A DNA stretch of 32,000 nt from Erysipelotrichaceae bacterium (GTDB lineage: Bacteria > Bacillota_I > Bacilli_A > Erysipelotrichales > Erysipelotrichaceae): contig OY781039.1 of NCBI GenBank assembly GCA_963676105.1, positions 1 through 32,000 of the forward strand, read 5' to 3'. The notes under the pieces were generated by a model, which was not told where the DNA came from, did no database searches, and saw only the letters and a program-made list of their open reading frames with translations. This document shows positions 26,217-32,000 of the stretch, piece after piece. The translations under genes and the position numbers were made by a program. Within the stretch, counting starts at the first letter, position 1, and every line of letters begins with the position of its first letter.

Positions 26217-26286
26217 ATTTTTGTGAGCATAGAAGATGTGATTATCTATAAAGCGCTTTAAACTTTAGTAAAGGAGTAATATTCAT

Positions 26287-26916
26287 ATGAAAATTGGAAT
26301 TGTTGGAGCAAATGGTCGTATTGGACAAATGCTTGTAAATGAAGCCTTAAATAAACAATTGGATACTGTTGCGATAGTACGTAATAAAAATAGAACAAAA
26401 ACTCAACAAGCAATTATTAAAGATTTGTTTGATTTAGTTGAAGATGATGTTAAAGACTTTGATGTCTTAGTCAATTGTTTTGGGACAAAAGACGAATCAA
26501 AGTTTGATGACTTTAAAAGATCAATAGAGCACTTATCAAATCTAATATCAAACACTAATACACGACTGATTGTGGTGGGTGGTGCAGGTAGTTTATATAT
26601 AGATGAATCAAAAACTAAACAGTTATATCAAACAGAAGACTTTCCAAATTTTGTTAGACCTACGGCAGAAGCAGCAGCACATGCGCTAGCTTATTTAAGA
26701 ACTAGAAATGATGTTATATGGACCTATATAAGTCCAGCAGTCATATTTGATTTTAAAGGTGAAAAGAATGGTCACACTAAAGTTGCAGGTGAAATCTTAC
26801 AATTCAATAAAGATGGAAAGAGCTATATATCATATAAAGACTATGCGGTAGAGCTTGTTAATGAATCTAAAGAAGGTAATAACATCCGAAAAAGGATCTC
26901 ATATTATCAAGATTAA
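26287..26916 (+). CDS. NAD(P)H-binding Rossmann-fold protein (atypical SDR / NmrA-like)
   Basis: N-terminus MKIGIVGANGRIGQ (GxxGxxG), 209 aa, RBS AAAGGAG upstream. Confidence 0.75.
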   Translation: MKIGIVGANGRIGQMLVNEALNKQLDTVAIVRNKNRTKTQQAIIKDLFDLVEDDVKDFDVLVNCFGTKDESKFDDFKRSIEHLSNLISNTNTRLIVVGGAGSLYIDESKTKQLYQTEDFPNFVRPTAEAAAHALAYLRTRNDVIWTYISPAVIFDFKGEKNGHTKVAGEILQFNKDGKSYISYKDYAVELVNESKEGNNIRKRISYYQD

Positions 26917-26958
26917 ATGATAGTAGAAAATATTATTGAGTTAATATGATTATAATTG

Positions 26959-26987
26959 TTGACAAATAATTAGAATATTTGTAATAT
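26959..26987 (+). promoter_or_regulatory. Near-consensus promoter driving an unclassified structured leader RNA
   Basis: TTGACA (26959-26964), 17 nt, TAATAT (26982-26987). Confidence 0.6.
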
Positions 26988-26993
26988 ATTTTT

Positions 26994-27088
26994 AGGGTTC
27001 AGACCCGAGTAGATGATTGATTTTTCCAATTAACTTCCCCCACCCATCAATTGGAAAAATAATCCCCCGATACAATCACTACTTCTGC
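26994..27088 (+). ncRNA. Unclassified structured RNA (candidate riboswitch/attenuator leader or small RNA) upstream of the Nudix gene
   Basis: Hairpin GGGU-ucag-ACCC at 26995-27006. Long-range helix GUAG(A)UGAUUG (27009-27019) with CAAUCACUAC (27073-27082). This helix encloses a perfect 12-bp hairpin, AUUUUUCCAAUU/AAUUGGAAAAAU (27020-27060), with C-rich loop AACUUCCCCCACCCAUC, plus a second C-run AAUCCCCCGAUA. Confidence 0.45.
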
Positions 27089-27118
27089 AAAGACATCTAT
27101 CCCTAGGTGTCTTTTTTT
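27089..27118 (+). terminator. Intrinsic terminator ending the structured leader, 16 nt before the Nudix ATG
   Basis: AAAGACAUCUA-uccc-UAGGUGUCUUU (11 bp, one G-U pair) followed by a U-run. Confidence 0.75.
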
Positions 27119-27121
27119 GTT

Positions 27122-27127
27122 TATAAT
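27122..27127 (+). promoter_or_regulatory. TATAAT box 6 nt upstream of the Nudix ATG (possible leaderless promoter)
   Basis: TATAAT-agacac-ATG with no Shine-Dalgarno. I could not identify a convincing -35. Confidence 0.35.
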
Positions 27128-27133
27128 AGACAC

Positions 27134-27652
27134 ATGAAAATTTTAGCTATTTATGATGATCCCTTTTGGGAAGGTGAGAGAATATCTACCATTCGCTTTA
27201 CTTCACGTGTTTTTTTAAGAAATAAAGAGAATAAATATGCCTTTTTAAAAATCGTTGGTGAAGATGCACTTGGAGTACGCAATCACTTAGAAACATTAGG
27301 TGGTGGTGTTGAAGAGAATGAAACCTTCTTAGAAGCAGCTCATCGTGAAGTGATGGAAGAAGCTGGTGCAATTGCGGAAAATTACCAATGCATTGGTGCA
27401 ATCATTGATCGTTTAAGTCCGATTGAAAGAATGACCTATAGTTGTTTCTATGTAGCTGATTTAAAATCGAATCATCATGAAATTAATCGAACAGAAGAAG
27501 AAAAAATCCTCATTGAGGATATTGTTTGGTTAAGTGCTAAAGAAGCGTTTGAACTTTTGAATAAAGCTGAGAGTGCAGTTGATGCTTATGTACATCGTAG
27601 AGACTTGACGGCTTTCTTAGAACTTTTGAAAAATGAGCAAGATCGGACTTAA
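27134..27652 (+). CDS. Nudix hydrolase
   Basis: Nudix box GGGVEENETFLEAAHREVMEEAGA (Gx5Ex7REUxEExGU). I prefer the ATG at 27134; the track's GTG at 27107 lies inside the terminator hairpin. Confidence 0.85.
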   Translation: MKILAIYDDPFWEGERISTIRFTSRVFLRNKENKYAFLKIVGEDALGVRNHLETLGGGVEENETFLEAAHREVMEEAGAIAENYQCIGAIIDRLSPIERMTYSCFYVADLKSNHHEINRTEEEKILIEDIVWLSAKEAFELLNKAESAVDAYVHRRDLTAFLELLKNEQDRT

Positions 27653-28147
27653 CGAATCGTTATCGTAAGTATGTGTTTCAATCAGTTTAATAGTTGCTTG
27701 TTTTATTAACCAAGATGAACAATCTTCATACTCTTCTTGTCCACCCTCGTGTTTACGATAGAAACTTAAAAGCAAATATCCATTTGGGTTTAGTAAATTA
27801 ATCGATTTCTCAAAAGCAGTAATACTGCTTTTTGAATGCGTAATGATGTTAGAATCTGATTTTGGGAGATAACCACCATTAAAGATAAAGGCATCACAAG
27901 ATTGATATATATATTGATCAATCAATTCATGTGACTGATTGATGAATACAATATTTTTATAATCTTTGCATCTTTCTTTGGAATTAAGAATGGCTTCTTC
28001 TTGAATATCAAAGGCAATCACTGTTTTAAAGTGTTGAGCACAAAAAAGGGTATCATTGCCATTACCACAGGTTAAATCACAAACATTAGCGCTACTGTTT
28101 AAGTGATTTATTAAAAACTCGTGTGCAATGGTTGTGATTCTTTTCAA
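27617..28147 (-). CDS. ytqB: YtqB-family class I SAM-dependent methyltransferase (tRNA nm5s2U methyltransferase MnmM-like)
   Basis: SAM-binding motif DLTCGNGNDT followed by VIAFDIQEEA, in a 176-aa protein. It is directly downstream of, and overlaps by 4 nt, a ytqA-like gene, as in Bacillus subtilis ytqA-ytqB. Confidence 0.8.
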   Translation of the reverse strand: MKRITTIAHEFLINHLNSSANVCDLTCGNGNDTLFCAQHFKTVIAFDIQEEAILNSKERCKDYKNIVFINQSHELIDQYIYQSCDAFIFNGGYLPKSDSNIITHSKSSITAFEKSINLLNPNGYLLLSFYRKHEGGQEEYEDCSSWLIKQATIKLIETHTYDNDSLSPILLIFQKF

Positions 28148-29076
28148 AGTTTATCTCCTTGAAAGCAATTTTCTTGTGCCATTTTTTTATCAATATCATT
28201 TAAAACTTGAGTCTTATTTAAAATCCATTTTGGTGCTAATAAATGTTCTTTATCATAATCTCCTGTTAAACGTAGGATGACGACTTCAGGTGGAATGAGT
28301 GAAAGTTGATCAACAATTAGATCAACATAGTCTACTTCACTTAATACTTCAAATGGTTCTTTTAGGTATTGTTGGCCTAAGGCTGAGTCATCTAAAACAT
28401 TTAACATATGTATTTTTAATCCATAAGGTTTAAGTTGCCCTATTCTAAAAGCATTTTCTTTCATCATGTCTATGGTTTCATTTGGATAGCCATTCATTAG
28501 ATGAATAACAAGTTTTAAAGGGCTATTCTCTAGTCTTTTATAAGCATTAAGAAAATATTGATAGGTATAACCACGATTCATATCTTTAGCAATTTCATCA
28601 TGAGTTGTTTGTAATCCTAGTTCTAGATAAACATCTTTGATTTTGGTTAAAGATTCTAAATACGAAATGATAGCCTCATCTAAACAATCAATTCGTGTTG
28701 CAATGGATAATGCGATCACATCATCGTTATAAATAAAAGGTTCATAGAGTTCTTTTAAATGATTAAGTGGCGCATAAGTATTTGTGTAGGCTTGAAAATA
28801 AGCGATGGCTCTGGCATTTGGCCATTTTTTTCTTTGGATTCTTAAGCCATTTTCAAATTGTTGAACTAGGTTTTCTTTTGTATTTCCTTGGAAATCTCCT
28901 GAGCCTAAAGCATTACAAAAACGACAACCACCATACGCCACTTTGCCATCTCTATTGGGGCAAGTAAAATCAGCATTTAAACCAATTTTCGCAACTTTTT
29001 GTCCATATCTTTTTTTAGTATCATAACTGAAGGTATGATAGCGTTTATTGTCGTTTGAGTACTTAAATGAATTCAT
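28144..29076 (-). CDS. ytqA: TIGR01212-family radical SAM protein (YtqA / MnmL-like)
   Basis: N-terminal cluster motif FTCPNRDGKVAYGGCRFCN is characteristic of this family. The protein is 310 aa and is paired with ytqB. Confidence 0.85.
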   Translation of the reverse strand: MNSFKYSNDNKRYHTFSYDTKKRYGQKVAKIGLNADFTCPNRDGKVAYGGCRFCNALGSGDFQGNTKENLVQQFENGLRIQRKKWPNARAIAYFQAYTNTYAPLNHLKELYEPFIYNDDVIALSIATRIDCLDEAIISYLESLTKIKDVYLELGLQTTHDEIAKDMNRGYTYQYFLNAYKRLENSPLKLVIHLMNGYPNETIDMMKENAFRIGQLKPYGLKIHMLNVLDDSALGQQYLKEPFEVLSEVDYVDLIVDQLSLIPPEVVILRLTGDYDKEHLLAPKWILNKTQVLNDIDKKMAQENCFQGDKL

Positions 29077-29083
29077 CTTTCAC

Positions 29084-29092
29084 ATTGTAGCA
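29084..29092 (-). promoter_or_regulatory. Extended -10 promoter (TGcTACAAT) 7 nt upstream of the ytqA ATG (leaderless arrangement)
   Basis: Minus strand: TGcTACAAT-gtgaaag-ATG. No spaced Shine-Dalgarno. Confidence 0.45.
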
Positions 29093-29100
29093 TGACTACC

Positions 29101-29129
29101 TTGCAAAACTTGTCTTTGATGCGTATACT
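29101..29129 (+). promoter_or_regulatory. Promoter of the leuS T-box leader
   Basis: TTGCAA (29101-29106), 17 nt, TATACT (29124-29129). Confidence 0.6.
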
Positions 29130-29135
29130 TGAGTG

Positions 29136-29354
29136 CGTAAGCAATGATAGACCCAAGTAAATAAGACGCTTAAATTAGAGATCTGTAGATGTGCTGAAAT
29201 ACAGATAAGTGATTATTGAAACTCAGTCTTGAGCATAAAAGTGAAAAGCTTTTACGGATATCGCCGTTAACGATTCAAGTGTATACATGTACAATGTATA
29301 AATTAAGGTGGTACCGCGGAGCTCTTCGTCCTTATATGGATGTGGAGTTTTTTT
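29136..29354 (+). promoter_or_regulatory. T-box riboswitch leader with Leu specifier (CUC) and terminator/antiterminator
   Basis: AGAGA box at 29177-29181 and Stem I distal helix AUCUGUA/UACAGAU. The specifier context is GAAA-CUC-A (CUC at 29222-29224). The T-box sequence AAGGUGGUACCGCG is at 29305-29318. The terminator stem at 29322-29347 is followed by UUUUUUU. The downstream gene is leuS. Confidence 0.9.
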
Positions 29355-29374
29355 ATTAAAAGGAGAACTGATTT

Positions 29375-31765
29375 ATGAAAGACCATACTTCAATAGAGAA
29401 AAAATGGCAGAAATTTTGGGATGACAATGAAACCTTTAAATGTGATGTCTATGACTTTGATAAGCCAAAAGCTTATATCCTAGATATGTTTCCATATCCT
29501 AGTGGAAATGGATTACATGTAGGCCATCCTGAAGGTTATACCGCAACCGATGTATTATCTAGAATGCGTCGCATGCAAGGCTATAACGTACTACATCCAA
29601 TGGGTTGGGATGCCTTTGGATTACCAGCTGAACAACATGCTTTAAATACAGGGAACCATCCTGCAGAATTTACAAAGCATAATATTCAAACGTTTAAAAA
29701 TCAAATTAAGAGTTTAGGTTTATCCTATGACTGGTCAAAAGAGTTTGCGACTACTGATCCAGAGTACTATAAATGGACACAATGGATTTTCTTACAACTT
29801 TACAACAAAGGTTTAGCTTATGTGGACGAAATCCCAGTTAACTGGTGTCCTGAACTTGGGGCCGTTTTAGCTAATGAAGAAGTCATCGATGGTAAGAGTG
29901 AGCGTGGGAATTTCCCGGTTTTTAGAGTTCCAATGCGTCAATGGGTTTTACGTATTACAGAATATGCTGAAAGACTCTTAGAAGATTTAGAACTCGTTGA
30001 TTGGCCAAGTAGCACAAAAGAAATGCAGATTAATTGGATTGGTAAATCTGTTGGGGCAAATGTTAACTTCAAAGTTAAAGATCATGCTAAAGAATTCACC
30101 GTATTTACTACTCGTTGTGATACGTTATTTGGCGCGACCTATTGTGTTCTATCTCCTGAGCATCCATTTGTTTCTGAGATCACAACAGCTAACAAAAAAG
30201 ATGAAGTCGAAGCGTATGTTAAAGCTTGTTCAACAAAATCTGATTTAGAAAGAACAGAACTTAATAAAGACAAGACTGGCGTCTTTACTGGCGCTTATGC
30301 GATTAACCCTGTAAATAATCAAGAAGTGCCTATTTGGATTTCTGATTATGTCTTAGTCTCTTATGGAACAGGCGCAATTATGGCGGTTCCTGCACATGAT
30401 GAGCGTGACTATGAATTTGCGAAGAAATTTGATTTAGAAATCATTCCAGTACTAGAGGGTGGAAACATTGAAGAAGAAGCCTTTGTTGGGGATGGTAAGC
30501 ATATTAATTCAGGTTTCTTAAATGGTTTGAATAAAGAAGATGGTATCGCAACCATGATTGAATGGTTGAAGAAAGAAGGAAAAGGGGAAGCTAAAACCTC
30601 ATATAAACTTCGCGACTGGATTTTCTCTCGTCAACGTTATTGGGGTGAACCTATTCCTGTTATCTTAATGGATGACGGTACTCAAAGAACAGTTGATATT
30701 GATGAACTACCTTTAGAATTACCAGTTGTCGATAACTATAAACCTGCCGATACAGGTGAATCACCATTGGCGAATGCGGGTAGTTGGTTAGATGTTGAAA
30801 TTGATGGGATTAAAGGTCACAGAGAAACCAATACCATGCCTCAGTGGGCAGGAAGTTGTTGGTATTACTTGCGTTATTTAGATCCTAGAAATGATAAAGC
30901 GATTGCTGATCCAAAACTTATGGAACACTGGTTGCCAGTTGATCTATATGTAGGTGGTGCAGAACATGCCGTATTACACTTACTTTATTCTCGTTTCTGG
31001 CATAAGGTTTTATATGACTGTGGGGTTGTCCCAACAAAAGAACCATTTGGGAAACTATTCCACCAAGGCATGATCCTAGGTGAAAATGGTGAAAAAATGA
31101 GTAAATCTCGTGGTAATGTCATTAACCCTGATGATATTTTAATCACACATGGTGCTGATGCTTTGCGTGTATATGAAATGTTTATGGGACCACTTGAGGC
31201 AACACTTCCTTGGTCTAATTCAGGCCTTGATGGTACACGTCGTTGGATTGAGCGTGTTGAGCGTGCTTTCTTAGAACTTAATAAACTATCTGATACGAAT
31301 GATCACTCATTAGATAAGGTTTATCATGCGACGGTTAAGAAAGTAACTCACGATATTGAAACATTAAACTTTAATACAGCTATTTCTCAAATGATGATCT
31401 TCATTAATGAATGTTATAAAGTTGAAAGTATTTATAAGGAATATGCCTTAGGTTTTGTGAAGATGTTTAATACCTTTGCCCCTCATATGGGTGAAGAGTT
31501 GTGGACAGAACTCACTGGTAAAGAAGGTATATCTTATGAAGCGTGGCCAACGTACGATGAAAAATACTTAGTTGAGAAGGAAGTTGAAATGGTTTTCCAA
31601 GTTAATGGTAAAATCAAAGCAAAATCAACTGTTGCCTTTGATGCAGATCAAGCAACTGTAGAAGCCATCGCCAAAGAATTAGATGGCATTAAGGATGCAC
31701 TTGAAGGAAAAACAATCCGTAAAGTTATTCACGTTAAAAATAAACTTATTAATTACGTAGTATAA
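29375..31765 (+). CDS. leuS: Leucine--tRNA ligase
   Basis: 796 aa with HIGH-type motif (HVGHPEGY), KMSKS motif ([10 protein letters not shown]) and RBS AAAGGAG upstream. Confidence 0.97.
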   Translation: MKDHTSIEKKWQKFWDDNETFKCDVYDFDKPKAYILDMFPYPSGNGLHVGHPEGYTATDVLSRMRRMQGYNVLHPMGWDAFGLPAEQHALNTGNHPAEFTKHNIQTFKNQIKSLGLSYDWSKEFATTDPEYYKWTQWIFLQLYNKGLAYVDEIPVNWCPELGAVLANEEVIDGKSERGNFPVFRVPMRQWVLRITEYAERLLEDLELVDWPSSTKEMQINWIGKSVGANVNFKVKDHAKEFTVFTTRCDTLFGATYCVLSPEHPFVSEITTANKKDEVEAYVKACSTKSDLERTELNKDKTGVFTGAYAINPVNNQEVPIWISDYVLVSYGTGAIMAVPAHDERDYEFAKKFDLEIIPVLEGGNIEEEAFVGDGKHINSGFLNGLNKEDGIATMIEWLKKEGKGEAKTSYKLRDWIFSRQRYWGEPIPVILMDDGTQRTVDIDELPLELPVVDNYKPADTGESPLANAGSWLDVEIDGIKGHRETNTMPQWAGSCWYYLRYLDPRNDKAIADPKLMEHWLPVDLYVGGAEHAVLHLLYSRFWHKVLYDCGVVPTKEPFGKLFHQGMILGENGEKMSKSRGNVINPDDILITHGADALRVYEMFMGPLEATLPWSNSGLDGTRRWIERVERAFLELNKLSDTNDHSLDKVYHATVKKVTHDIETLNFNTAISQMMIFINECYKVESIYKEYALGFVKMFNTFAPHMGEELWTELTGKEGISYEAWPTYDEKYLVEKEVEMVFQVNGKIKAKSTVAFDADQATVEAIAKELDGIKDALEGKTIRKVIHVKNKLINYVV

Positions 31766-31766
31766 G

Positions 31767-31799
31767 AAAATGGTTCCCTATTATTGGGAACCATTTTTT
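31767..31799. terminator. Bidirectional intrinsic terminator between leuS and a convergent gene
   Basis: AUGGUUCCC-uauuauu-GGGAACCAU is flanked by an A-run (5') and a U-run (3'). Confidence 0.85.
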
Positions 31800-32000
31800 A
31801 CTTTTGTTTTAATGTGAAGACATAAATACTTGGATCTCTAAATAAGCGTGCTTGATATTCAGAAGTGGATATCCCATTGCTTATGAGAAGTGGATTTTGA
31901 TTTACACTTGTTTGTCCAGAAATATAAATTCCATCAGCTCTTGAATAACTTGGCTTAAACAATGGTAAGTCAACTTGTCCACCATGTGTTTTTGCGGCGA
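31798..32000 (-). CDS. C-terminal fragment (66 aa) of an unidentified protein whose start lies beyond the window end
   Basis: The minus-strand frame is open from the window edge to TAA at 31800-31798 (...AAKTHGGQVDLPLFKPSYSRADGIYISGQTSVNQNPLLISNGISTSEYQARLFRDPSIYVFTLKQK). It is not in the ORF track because no start is in the window. I do not recognise the family. Confidence 0.45.
   Translation of the reverse strand, partial: AAKTHGGQVDLPLFKPSYSRADGIYISGQTSVNQNPLLISNGISTSEYQARLFRDPSIYVFTLKQK

Noticed and set aside
26186-26251. 21-codon ORF ATGAAGAAAGACGCAAGCAGCGTC... in the MFS / NAD(P)H-binding spacer, and a 10-codon TTG-initiated ORF on the minus strand behind AAAGGAG (about 26116-26148)
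   Set aside because: The plus-strand ORF has no SD and is made of terminator-hairpin sequence. The minus-strand one is tiny, starts with TTG and lies inside predicted RNA helices. There is no support for coding.
26994-27016. The 5' end of the Nudix leader (UAGGGUUCAGACCCGAGUAG) resembles the start of ykkC-family (guanidine-I / ppGpp / PRPP / NDP) riboswitches (CUAGGGUUCCG...GGUCCGAGAG), some subtypes of which are associated with Nudix genes
   Set aside because: The P1a/P1b hairpin between the two conserved strings is missing. None of the downstream conserved ykkC elements (ACGG, GGGA, CCCGGGAGA) are present, and the rest of the RNA is C-rich rather than G-rich. I treat it as a coincidental or at best very remote resemblance until a covariance-model search says otherwise.
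27107-27133. GTG start at 27107 for the Nudix ORF (the track's N-terminus MSFFVYNRH)
   Set aside because: The extension is encoded by the 3' arm and U-tract of the terminator hairpin and has no RBS. The ATG at 27134 gives a typical MKILAIY... start.
17674-30248. Other nested track ORFs (17674..17865+, 19235..19420+, 21520..21840-, 22563..22748-, 24439..24642-, 27198..27401-, 28767..28967+, 29997..30248+)
   Set aside because: Same reasoning: they are embedded in well-supported genes on the opposite strand or in another frame, with no independent signals.
1-32000. Alternative genetic code (UGA = Trp, as in Mycoplasma/Spiroplasma) suggested by the low GC content and Mollicutes-like lipid genes
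   Set aside because: TGA closes the ORF at 11240-11242 in an ATGA coupling overlap, and all long ORFs are intact under the standard code. The only tRNA-Trp has anticodon CCA, not UCA.
1-32000. Search for CRISPR arrays, transposases/IS ends, integrases, prophage genes, toxin-antitoxin pairs or known defence-system genes
   Set aside because: None seen. The only repeats are the intragenic adhesin modules, the 175-bp-period riboswitch duplication and short regulatory inverted or direct repeats. Every ORF over 150 aa has a plausible housekeeping or transport assignment.

Overview
Low-GC, densely packed chromosomal segment from a Firmicutes/Tenericutes-like bacterium. It uses the standard genetic code: TGA is a stop at 11240-11242, and the only tRNA is tRNA-Trp with a CCA anticodon. 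Most of the window is housekeeping. Genes present are a GDPD phosphodiesterase, a MATE exporter, pyruvate:ferredoxin oxidoreductase, two GT4 glycosyltransferases (the second fused to a complete RecX module), YhaM, a copZ-copA-csoR copper operon with a CsoR-type operator, HIT, two PrsA/parvulin-like foldases, sufCDSUB plus 5-formyl-THF cyclo-ligase, an MFS transporter, an NAD(P)H-binding protein, a Nudix hydrolase, the ytqA/ytqB pair, and leuS behind a Leu(CUC) T-box. The accessory-looking part is the left end. A giant secreted tandem-repeat adhesin-like gene (minus strand, 1..3685) runs off the window and is missing from the ORF track. It is preceded by a near-consensus promoter and two nearly identical tandem RNA elements, which I read as c-di-GMP-I (GEMM-I)-type riboswitches, each with its own intrinsic terminator. 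Other points worth a second look are an unclassified promoter-structured leader-terminator unit upstream of the Nudix gene, a second structured intergenic region at 26.0-26.2 kb, several apparently leaderless genes, the GT4-RecX fusion, and a 179-bp perfect in-frame repeat inside the adhesin gene. I saw no CRISPR array, transposase, integrase, phage genes or recognisable defence or toxin-antitoxin genes. All calls come from reading the sequence and from motif memory; no database searches were run.
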